Source: Mobula hypostoma (Eukaryota). Taken from it: a DNA stretch of 64,000 nt. This document shows positions 52,501 to 64,000 of this stretch, piece after piece. The position numbers and the translations under genes are program-made. The DNA lies in assembly GCF_963921235.1 (NCBI RefSeq), contig NC_086097.1:70930001-70994000 (forward strand), given 5' to 3'. Each line of letters begins with the position of its first letter. Position 1 is the first letter of the stretch. Under the pieces are notes generated by a model that saw nothing but the letters and a program-made list of their open reading frames with translations, had not been told where the DNA came from and searched no databases.

Positions 52501-55500
52501 CAACCCAGCACGGATTTCAGCGTTCCACCGCGTCTCTGTTCCCTCAAACCCAGCACGTTTACAGCGTGCCGCCGCGTCTCTGTTCCCTCCAACCCAGCAC
52601 GGATTACACAGTGCCGCCGCGTCTCTGTTCTCTCCAACCCAGCGCGGATTACACCGTGCCACCGTGACTCTGTTCTCTCCAACCCAGCACGGATTACACA
52701 GTGCCGCCGCGTCTCTGTTCTCTCCAACCCAGCACGGATTACACCGTCCCGCCGCGTCTCTGTGCCCTCCAACCCAGCACGGATTACAGCGTTCCGCTGC
52801 GTCTCTGTTCCCTCCAACCCAGCACGGATTACACAGTGCCGCCGCGTCTCTGTTCTCTCCAACCCAGCGCGGATTACACCGTGCCACCGTGACTCTGTTC
52901 TCTCCAACCCAGCACGGATTACACAGTGCCGCCGCGTCTCTGTTCTCTCCAACCCAGCACGGATTACACCGTCCCGCCGCGTCTCTGTGCCCTCCAACCC
53001 AGCACGGATTACAGCGTTCCGCTGCGTCTCTGTGCCTTCAACCCAGCGCGGATTACAGCGTGTCACTGTGTCTCTGTTCTCTCCAAACCAGCACGGATTA
53101 CACCGTGCCACCGCGTCACTGTGCCCTCCAACCCAGCACGGATTACAGCGTGCCACCGCGTCTCTGTTCTCTCCAACCCAGCACAGATTACACCGTGCCA
53201 CCGCGTCACTGTGCCCTCCAACCCAGCGCGGATTACACCGTGCCACCGCGTCACTGTTCTCTCCAACCCAGCACAGATTACACCGTGCCACCGCTTCACT
53301 GTTCTCTCCAAACCAGCACGGATTACACCGTGCCACCGCGTCTCTGTTCTCTCCAACCCAGCACGGATTACACCGTGCCACCGCGTCTCTGTTCTCTCCA
53401 ACCCAGCGCGGATTACACCGTGCCACCGCGTCACTGTGCCCTCCAAACCAGCACGGATTACACCGTGCCGCCGCGTCTCTGTTCTCTCCAACCCAGCATG
53501 GATTACAGCGTTCCACTGCGTCTCTGTTCCCTCCAACCCAGCGCGGATTACACCGTGCCACCGCGTCTCCGTTCCGTCCAACCCAGCACCGATTAAACCG
53601 TGCCACCGCGTCACTGTGCCCTCCAACCCAGCACGGATTACAGCGTTCCACTGCGTCTCTGTGCCCTCCAACCCAGAACGGATTTCACCGTGCCACCGCG
53701 TCTCTGTGCCCTCCAACCCAGCACGGATTACAGCGTGCCACCGCGTCACTGTTCCCTCCAACCCAGCACGGATTACAGCGTGCCACCGCGTCTCTGTTCC
53801 CTCCAACCCAGCACGGATTACAGCGTGCCACCGCGTCTCTGTTCCCTCCAACCCAGCACGGATTACAGCGTGCCACCGCGTCTCTGTTCCCTCCAACCCA
53901 GCACGGATTACAGCGTGCCACCGCGTCTCTGTTCCCTCCAACCCAGCACGTATTACAGCGTGCCACCGCGTCTCTGTTCCCTCCAACCCAGCACGGATTA
54001 CACCGTGCCACCGCGTCTCTGTGCCCTCCAACCCAGCACGGATTACAGCGTGCCACCGCGTCTCTGTTCCCTCCAACCCAGCACAGATTACAGCATGCCA
54101 CCGCGTCTCTGTTCTCTCCAACGCAGCACGGATTACACCGTGGCATCGCGTCTCTGTTCTCTCCAACCCAGCACGGATTACACCGTGCCACTGCGTCTCT
54201 GTTCCCTCCAAACCAGCACGGATTTCAGCGTTCCACCGCGTCTCTGTTCCCTCCAACCCAGCACGGATTTCACCGTGCCACCGCGTATCTTTTCTCTCCA
54301 ACCCAGCACGGATTACACCGTGACACCACGTCTCTGTGCCCTCCAACCCAGCACGGATTTCACCGTGCCACCACGTCTCTGTGCCCTCCAACCCAGCACG
54401 TATTTCACCGTGTCACCGCGTATCTGTTCTCTCCAACCCAGCACGGATTTCAGCGTTCCACCGCGTCTCTGTTCCCTCAAACCCAGCACGTTTACAGCGT
54501 GCCGCCGCGTCTCTGTTCCCTCCAACCCAGCACGGATTACACAGTGCCGCCGCGTCTCTGTTCTCTCCAACCCAGCGCGGATTACACCGTGCCACCGTGA
54601 CTCTGTTCTCTCCAACCCAGCACGGATTACACAGTGCCGCCGCGTCTCTGTTCTCTCCAACCCAGCACGGATTACACCGTCCCGCCGCGTCTCTGTGCCC
54701 TCCAACCCAGCACGGATTACAGCGTTCCGCTGCGTCTCTGTTCCCTCCAACCCAGCACGGATTACACAGTGCCGCCGCGTCTCTGTTCTCTCCAACCCAG
54801 CACGGATTACACCGTGACACCACGTCTCTGTGCCCTCCAACCCAGCACGGATTTCACCGTGCCACCACGTCTCTGTGCCCTCCAACCCAGCACGGATTTC
54901 ACCGTGCCACCGCGTATCTGTTCTCTCCAACCCAGCACGGATTTCAGCGTTCCACCGCGTCTCTGTTCCCTCAAACCCAGCACGTTTACAGCGTGCCGCC
55001 GCGTCTCTGTTCCCTCCAACCCAGCACGGATTACACAGTGCCGCCGCGTCTCTGTTCTCTCCAACCCAGCGCGGATTACACCGTGCCACCGTGACTCTGT
55101 TCTCTCCAACCCAGCACGGATTACACAGTGCCGCCGCGTCTCTGTTCTCTACAACCCAGCACGGATTACACCGTCCCGCCGCGTCTCTGTGCCCTCCAAC
55201 CCAGCACGGATTACAGCGTTCCGCTGCGTCTCTGTTCCCTCCAACCCAGCACGGATTACACAGTGCCGCCGCGTCTCTGTTCTCTCCAACCCAGCGCGGA
55301 TTACACCGTGCCACCGTGACTCTGTTCTCTCCAACCCAGCACGGATTACACAGTGCCGCCGCGTCTCTGTTCTCTCCAACCCAGCACGGATTACACCGTC
55401 CCGCCGCGTCTCTGTGCCCTCCAACCCAGCACGGATTACAGCGTTCCGCTGCGTCTCTGTGCCCTTCAACCCAGCGCGGATTACAGCGTGTCACTGTGTC

Positions 55501-58500
55501 TCTGTTCTCTCCAAACCAGCACGGATTACACCGTGCCACCGCGTCACTGTGCCCTCCAACCCAGCACGGATTACAGCGTGCCACCGCGTCTCTGTTCTCT
55601 CCAACCCAGCACGGATTACACCGTGCCACCGCGTCACTGTGCCCTCCAACCCAGCGCGGATTACACCGTGCCACCGCGTCACTGTTCTCTCCAACCCAGC
55701 ACAGATTACACCGTGCCACCGCTTCACTGTTCTCTCCAAACCAGCACGGATTACACCGTGCCACCGCGTCTCTGTTCTCTCCAACCCAGCACGGATTACA
55801 CCGTGCCACCGCGTCTCTGTTCTCTCCAACCCAGCGCGGATTACACCGTGCCACCGCGTCACTGTGCCCTCCAAACCAGCACGGATTACACCGTGCCGCC
55901 GCGTCTCTGTTCTCTCCAACCCAGCACGGATTACAGCGTTCCACTGCGTCTCTGTTCCCTCCAACCCAGCGCGGATTACACCGTGCCACCGCGTCTCCGT
56001 TCCGTCCAACCCAGCACCGATTAAACCGTGCCACCGCGTCACTGTGCCCTCCAACCCAGCACGGATTACAGCGTTCCACTGCGTCTCTGTGCCCTCCAAC
56101 CCAGAACGGATTTCACCGTGCCACCGCGTCTCTGTGCCCTCCAACCCAGCACGGATTACAGCTTGCCACCGCGTCTCTGTGCCCTCCAACCCAGCACGGA
56201 TTACAGCGTGTCACTGCGTCTCTGTTCTCTCCAAACCAGCACGGATTACACCGTGCCACCGCGTCTCTGTTCCCTCCAACCCAGCACGGATTACACCGTT
56301 CCACCGCGTCTCTGTTCCCTCCAACCCAGCACGGATTACAGCGTGCCACCGCGTCTCTGTTCCCTCCAACCCAGCGCGGATTACAGCGTATCACCGCGTC
56401 CCTGTGCCCTCCAACCCAGCACGGATTACAGTATTCCACCGCGTCTCTGTGCCCTCCAACCCAGCACGGATTACAGCGTTCCGTTGCGTCTCTGTGCCCT
56501 CCAACCCAGCACGGATTACACCGTGCCACCGCGTCTCTGTGCCGTCGAACCCAGCACGGATTACACCGTGCCACCGCGTCACTCTCCCTCCAAACCAGCA
56601 CGGATTACAGTGTTCCACCGCGTCTCTGTGCCCTCCAACCCAGCACGGATTACACCATGCCACCGCACCTCTGTTCCCTCCAACCCAGCACGGATTACAC
56701 CGTTCCACCGCGTCTCTGTTTTCTCCAACCCAGCACGGATTACAGCGTGCCGCCGCGTCTCTGTTCTCTCCAACCCAGCGCGGATTACAGCGTGCCACCG
56801 CGTCTCTGTTCCCTCCAACCCAGCGCGGATTACAGCGTATCACCGCGTCCCTGTGCCCTCCAACCCAGCACGGATTACAGTATTCCACCGCGTCTCTGTG
56901 CCCTCCAACCCAGCACGGATTACAGCGTTCCGTTGCGTCTCTGTGCCCTCCAACCCAGCACGGATTACAACGTGCCACCGCGTCTCTGTGTCCTCCAACC
57001 CAGCACAGATTACAGCGTTCCACCGCGTCTCTGTTCTCTCCAACCCAGCACGGATTACAGCGTGCCACCGCTTCACTGTTCCCTCCAACCCAGCACGGAT
57101 TACACCGTGCCACTGCGTCTCTGTGCCCTCCAACCCAGCACGGATTACAGCGTTCCACAGCGTCGCTGTTCCCTCCAACCCAGCACGAATTACAGCGTGC
57201 CACCACGTCTCTGTGCCCTCCAACCCAGCACGGATTTCACCGTGCCACCAAGTCTCTGTGCCCTCCAACCCAGCGCGGATTACACCGTGCCACCGCGTCT
57301 CTGTTCTCTCCAACCCAGCGCGGATTACAGCGTGCCACCACCTCTCTGTTCTCTCCAATCCAGCGCGGATTACACCGTGCCACCATGTCTCTGTGCCCTC
57401 CAACCCAGCACGGATTTCACCGTGCCACCACGTCTCTGTGCCCTCCAACCCAGCACGGATTTCACCGTGCCACCGCGTCGCTGTTCCCTCCAACCCAGCG
57501 CGGATTACACCGTGCCGCCGCGTCTCTGTTCTCTCCAACCCAGCACGGATTACAGCGTGCCACCGCGTCTCTGTTCCCTCCAACCCAGCGCGGATTACAG
57601 CGTGCCACCGCGTCTCTATTCTCTCCAAACCAGCACGGATTTCACCGTGCCACCGCGTCGCTGTTCCCTCCAACCCAGCGCGGATTACACCGTGCCGCCG
57701 CGTCTCTGTTCTCTCCAACCCAGCACGGATTACAGCGTGCCACCGGGTCTCTGTTCCCTCCAACCCAGCGCGGATTACAGCGTGCCACCGCGTCTCTGTT
57801 CTCTCCAACCCAGCGCGGATTACACCGTGCCACCGCGTCTCTGTTCCCTCCAACCCAGCGCGGATTACAGCGTGCCACCGCGTCTCTGTTCCCTCCAACC
57901 CAGCGCGGATTACAGCGTGTCACCGCGTCCCTGTGCCCTCCAACCCAGCACGGATTACACCGTGCCACCGCGTCTCTGTGCCGTCGAACCCAGCACGGAT
58001 TACACCGTGCCACCGCGTCACTCTCCCTCCAAACCAGCACGGATTACAGTGTTCCACCGCGTCTCTGTGCCCTCCAACCCAGCACGGATTACACCGTGCC
58101 ACCGCATCTCTGTTCCCTCCAACCCAGCACGGATTTCACCGTGCCACCACGTCTCTGTGCCCTCCAACCCAGCACGGATTTCACCGTGCCACCGCGTATC
58201 TGTTCTCTCCAACCCAGCACGGATTACACCGTGACACCACGTCTCTGTGCCCTCCAACCCAGCACGGATTTCACCGTGCCACCACGTCTCTGTGCCCTCC
58301 AACCCAGCACGTATTTCACCGTGCCACCGCGTATCTGTTCTCTCCAACCCAGCACGGATTTCAGCGTTCCACCGCGTCTCTGTTCCCTCAAACCCAGCAC
58401 GTTTACAGCGTGCCGCCGCGTCTCTGTTCCCTCCAACCCAGCACGGATTACACAGTGCCGCCGCGTCTCTGTTCTCTCCAACCCAGCGCGGATTACACCG

Positions 58501-61500
58501 TGCCACCGTGACTCTGTTCTCTCCAACCCAGCACGGATTACACAGTGCCGCCGCGTCTCTGTTCTCTCCAACCCAGCACGGATTACACCGTCCCGCCGCG
58601 TCTCTGTGCCCTCCAACCCAGCACGGATTACAGCGTTCCGCTGCGTCTCTGTTCCCTCCAACCCAGCACGGATTACACAGTGCCGCCGCGTCTCTGTTCT
58701 CTCCAACCCAGCACGGATTACACCGTGACACCACGTCTCTGTGCCCTCCAACCCAGCACGGATTTCACCGTGCCACCACGTCTCTGTGCCCTCCAACCCA
58801 GCACGGATTTCACCGTGCCACCGCGTATCTGTTCTCTCCAACCCAGCACGGATTTCAGCGTTCCACCGCGTCTCTGTTCCCTCAAACCCAGCACGTTTAC
58901 AGCGTGCCGCCGCGTCTCTGTTCCCTCCAACCCAGCACGGATTACACAGTGCCGCCGCGTCTCTGTTCTCTCCAACCCAGCGCGGATTACACCGTGCCAC
59001 CGTGACTCTGTTCTCTCCAACCCAGCACGGATTACACAGTGCCGCCGCGTCTCTGTTCTCTCCAACCCAGCACGGATTACACCGTCCCGCCGCGTCTCTG
59101 TGCCCTCCAACCCAGCACGGATTACAGCGTTCCGCTGCGTCTCTGTTCCCTCCAACCCAGCACGGATTACACAGTGCCGCCGCGTCTCTGTTCTCTCCAA
59201 CCCAGCGCGGATTACACCGTGCCACCGTGACTCTGTTCTCTCCAACCCAGCACGGATTACACAGTGCCGCCGCGTCTCTGTTCTCTCCAACCCAGCACGG
59301 ATTACACCGTCCCGCCGCGTCTCTGTGCCCTCCAACCCAGCACGGATTACAGCGTTCCGCTGCGTCTCTGTGCCTTCAACCCAGCGCGGATTACAGCGTG
59401 TCACTGTGTCTCTGTTCTCTCCAAACCAGCACGGATTACACCGTGCCACCGCGTCACTGTGCCCTCCAACCCAGCACGGATTACAGCGTGCCACCGCGTC
59501 TCTGTTCTCTCCAACCCAGCACGGATTACACCGTGCCACCGCGTCACTGTGCCCTCCAACCCAGCGCGGATTACACCGTGCCACCGCGTCACTGTTCTCT
59601 CCAACCCAGCACAGATTACACCGTGCCACCGCTTCACTGTTCTCTCCAAACCAGCACGGATTACACCGTGCCACCGCGTCTCTGTTCTCTCCAACCCAGC
59701 ACGGATTACACCGTGCCACCGCGTCTCTGTTCTCTCCAACCCAGCGCGGATTACACCGTGCCACCGCGTCACTGTGCCCTCCAAACCAGCACGGATTACA
59801 CCGTGCCGCCGCGTCTCTGTTCTCTCCAACCCAGCACGGATTACAGCGTTCCACTGCGTCTCTGTTCCCTCCAACCCAGCGCGGATTACACCGTGCCACC
59901 GCGTCTCCGTTCCGTCCAACCCAGCACCGATTAAACCGTGCCACCGCGTCACTGTGCCCTCCAACCCAGCACGGATTACAGCGTTCCACTGCGTCTCTGT
60001 GCCCTCCAACCCAGAACGGATTTCACCGTGCCACCGCGTCTCTGTGCCCTCCAACCCAGCACGGATTACAGCTTGCCACCGCGTCACTGTTCCCTCCAAC
60101 CCAGCACGGATTACAGCGTGCCACCGCGTCTCTGTTCCCTCCAACCCAGCACGGATTACAGCGTGCCACCGCGTCTCTGTTCCCTCCAACCCAGCACGGA
60201 TTACAGCGTGCCACCGCGTCTCTGTTCCCTCCAACCCAGCACGGATTACAGCGTGCCACCGCGTCTCTGTTCCCTCCAACCCAGCACGTATTACAGCGTG
60301 CCACCGCGTCTCTGTTCCCTCCAACCCAGCACGGATTACACCGTGCCACCGCGTCACTGTGCCCTCCAACCCAGCACGGATTACAGCGTGCCACCGCGTC
60401 TCTGTTCCCTCCAACCCAGCACAGATTACAGCATGCCACCGCGTCTCTGTTCTCTCCAACGCAGCACGGATTACACCGTGGCATCGCGTCTCTGTTCTCT
60501 CCAACCCAGCACGGATTACACCGTGCCACTGCGTCTCTGTTCCCTCCAAACCAGCACGGATTTCAGCGTTCCACCGCGTCTCTGTTCCCTCCAACCCAGC
60601 ATGGATTTCAGCGTTCCACCGCGTCACTGTTCCCTCCAACCCAGCATGGATTTCAGCGTTCCACCGCGTCACTGTTCCCTTCAACCCAGCGCGGATTACA
60701 GCGTGTCACCGCGTCTCTGTTGCCTCCAACCCAGCATGGATTACAGCGTGCCACCGCGTCTCTGTTCTCTCCAACCCAGCGCGGATTACAGCGTGCCACC
60801 GCGTCTCTGTTCCCTCCAACCCTGCACGGATTACAGCGTTCCACCGCGTCACTGTGCCCTCCAACCCAGCACGGATTACAGCGTGCCACCGCGTCTCTGT
60901 TCCCTCCAACCCAGCACGGATTACACCGTGCCACCGCGTCTCTATTCTCTCCAACGCAGCACGGATTACACCGTGGCATCGCGTCTCTGTTCTCTCCAAC
61001 CCAGCACGGATTACAGCGTGCCACCGCGTCTCTGTTCTCTCCAACCCAGCGCGGATTACAGCGTGCCACCGCGTCTCTGTTCCCTCCAACCCTGCACGGA
61101 TTACAGCGTTCCACCGCGTCACTGTGCCCTCCAACCCAGCACGGATTACAGCGTGCCACCGCGTCTCTGTTCCCTCCAACCCAGCACGGATTACACCGTG
61201 CCACCGCGTCTCTGTTCTCTCCAACGCAGCACGGATTACACCGTGGCATCGCGTCTCTGTTCTCTCCAACCCAGCACAGATTACAGCGTGCCACCGCATC
61301 TCTGTTCCCTCCAACCCAGCACGTATTACAGCGTGCCACCGCGTCTCTGTTCCCTCCAACCCAGCACGGATTACACCGTGCCACCGCGTCACTGTGCCCT
61401 CCAACCCAGCACGGATTACAGCGTGCCACCGCGTCTCTGTTCCCTCCAACCCAGCACAGATTACAGCGTGCCACCGCGTCTCTGTTCTCTCCAACGCAGC

Positions 61501-64000
61501 ACGGATTACACCGTGGCATCGCGTCTCTGTTCCCTCCAACCCAGCATGGATTTCAGCGTTCCACCGCGTCACTGTTCCCTACAACCCAGCATGGATTTCA
61601 GCGTTCCACCGCGTCACTGTTCCCTTCAACCCAGCGCGGATTACAGCGTGTCACCGCGTCTCTGTTCCCTCCAACCCTGCACGGATTACAGCGTTCCACC
61701 GCGTCACTGTGCCCTCCAACCCAGCACGGATTACAGCGTGCCACCGCGTCTCTGTTCCCTCCAACCCAGCACGGATTACACCGTGCCACCGCGTCTCTGT
61801 TCTCTCCAACGCAGCACGGATTACACCGTGGCATCGCGTCTCTGTTCTCTCCAACCCAGCACGGATTACAGCGTGCCACCGCGTCTCTGTTCCCTCCAAC
61901 CCAGTGCGGATTACAGCGTTCCACCGCGTCACTGTTCTCTCCAACCCAGCACGGATTACACCGTGCCACTGCGTCTCTGTTCCCTCCAAACCAGCACGGA
62001 TTTCAGCGTTCCACCGCGTCTCTGTTCCCTCCAACCCAGCATGGATTTCAGCGTTCCACCGCGTCACTGTTCCCTCCAACCCAGCATGAATTTCAGCGTT
62101 CCACCGCGTCACTGTTCCCTTCAACCCAGCGCGGATTACAGCGTGTCACCGCGTCTCTGTTCCCTCCAACCCAGCACGTATTACAGCGTGTCACCGCGTC
62201 TCTGTTCCCTCCAACCCAGCATGGATTACAGCATGCCACCGCGTCTCTGTTCTCTCCAACCCAGCGCGGATTACAGCGTGCCACCGCGTCTCTGTTCCCT
62301 CCAACCCAGCGCGGATTACAGCGTTCCACCGCGTCACTGTTCCCTCCAACCCAGCACGGATTACACCGTGACACCGCGTCTCTGTGCCCTCCAACCCAGC
62401 ACGGATTTCACCGTGCCACCACGTATCTGTTCTCTCCAACCCAGCACGGATTTCACCGTGCCACCACGTATCTGTTCTCTCCAACCCAGCACGGATTTCA
62501 CCGTGCCACCGCGTCGCTGTTCCCTCCAACCCAGCGCGGATTACAGCGTGCCGCCGCGTCTCTGTTCTGTCCAACCCAGCACGGATTACAGCGTGCCACC
62601 GCGTCTCTGTTCCCTCCAACCCAGCGCGGATTACAGCGTGCCACCGCGTCTCTGTTCCCTCCAACCCAGCGCGGATTACAGCGTGCCACCGCATCTCTGT
62701 TCCCTCCAACCCAGCACGGATTTCACCGTGTCACTGCGTCTCTGTGCCCTCCAACCCAGCGCGGATTACAGCGTTCCACCGCGTCTCTGTTCTCTCCAAC
62801 CCAGCGCAGATTACAGCGTGCCACCGCGTCACTGTTCCCTCCAACCCAGCGCGGATTACAGCGTGCCACCGCGTCTCTGTTCCCTCCAACCCAGCGCGGA
62901 TTACAGCGTGCCACCGCGTCTCTGTGCCGTCGAACCCAGCACGGATTTCACCGTGCCACCGCGTCTCTGTTCCCTCCAAACCAGCACGGATTACAGCGTT
63001 CCACCGCGTCACTGTTCTCTCCAACCCAGCACGGATTACACCGTCCCACCACGTCTCTATTCTCTCCAACCCAGCATGGATTACACCGTGCCACCGCGTC
63101 TCCGTTCCCTCCAACCCAGCACGGATTACAGCGTGCCACCGCGTCTCTGTTCCCTCCAACCCAGCACGGATTTCACCGTGTCACTGCGTCTCTGTGCCCT
63201 CCAACCCAGCACAGATTACAGCGTTCCACCACGTCTCTGTGCCCTCCAACCCAGCACGGATTACAGCGTTCCACAGCGTCTCCGTGCCCTTCAACCCAGC
63301 ACGGATTACAGCGTGCCACCGCATCTCTGTTCCCTCCAACCCAGCACGGATTTCACCGTGTCACTGCGTCTCTGTGCCCTCCAACCCAGCACAGATTACA
63401 GCGTTCCACCACGTCTCTGTGCCCTCCAACCCAGCACGGATTACAGCGTTCCACAGCGTCTCTGTGCCCTTCAACCCAGCACGGATTACAGCGTGCCACC
63501 GCATCTCTGTGCCCTCCAACCCAGCACGGATTTCACCGTGTCACTGCGTCTCTGTGCCCTCCAACCCAGCACAGATTACAGCGTTCCACCACGTCTCTGT
63601 GCCCTCCAACCCAGCACGGATTACTCCGTGCCACCGCGTCACTGTTCCCTCCAACCCAGCACGGATTACACCGTGCCACCGCGTCTCTGTTCTCTCCAAC
63701 CCAGCACGGATTACAGCGTTCCACCGCGTCTCTGTTCTCTCCAACCCAGCACGGATTACAGCGTTCCACTGCGTCACTGTTCCCTCCAACCCAGCACGGA
63801 TTACAACGTGCCACCGCGTCTCTGTGCCCTCCAACCCAGCACGGATTACAGCTTGCCACCGCGTCTCTGTGCCCTCCAACCCAGCACGGATTACAGCGTG
63901 TCACTGCGTCTCTGTTCTCTCCAAACCAGCACGGATTACACCGTGCCACCGCGTCTCTGTTCCCTCCAACCCAGCACGGATTACAGCGTGCCACCGCGTC
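40521..64000. repeat. 45-bp GC-rich tandem array (minisatellite/satellite), about 520 monomers, running off the window
   Basis: Consensus CTCCAACCCAGCACGGATTACA(C/G)CGTGCCACCGCGTCTCTGT(T/G)C(C/T), contiguous to the window end with recurrent variant monomers and rare indels. Confidence 0.99.

Noticed and set aside
40386..63994. Very long ORFs (up to 2583 aa) of Cys/His/Pro-rich 15-aa repeats on both strands
   Set aside because: A 45-bp unit with no stop in the three + frames gives long ORFs automatically. The ORFs switch between all three repeat peptides at indels, which shows no frame is conserved.
40521..64000. CRISPR-like array (short repeats with an internal palindrome)
   Set aside because: Monomers are head-to-tail with no unique spacers, there are no cas genes, and the context is a vertebrate intron.

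Overview
Eukaryotic, vertebrate genomic DNA. The repeat repertoire suggests a cartilaginous fish, probably a ray (inference only). The whole window lies inside a + strand protein kinase D1 (PRKD1) gene. Six internal coding exons (14065-36919) with GT-AG boundaries and matching phases encode the second C1 zinc finger, the acidic linker and the PH domain. The kinase-domain exons are not in the window. The introns are packed with mobile elements. These include a 3.6 kb palindromic Penelope-like (GIY-YIG) insertion with a 16-bp target-site duplication and a minimal hammerhead ribozyme in each arm, several tiny palindromic Penelope derivatives, a near full-length decayed R4/Dong-type LINE in TAA-rich repeats, and a fossil Helitron PIF1 helicase. 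CR1, Rex1/L2 and RTE fragments, a tRNA SINE and Tc1/mariner-type elements are also present. From about 40.5 kb to the window end (over 23 kb) is an intronic 45-bp GC-rich tandem array with nested higher-order repeats (up to 6338 bp). It appears to have grown out of a LINE fragment. The very long ORFs in that array are artefacts of a 45-bp (3n) unit with stop-free frames. All family assignments come from motif recognition by eye; no database searches were run.
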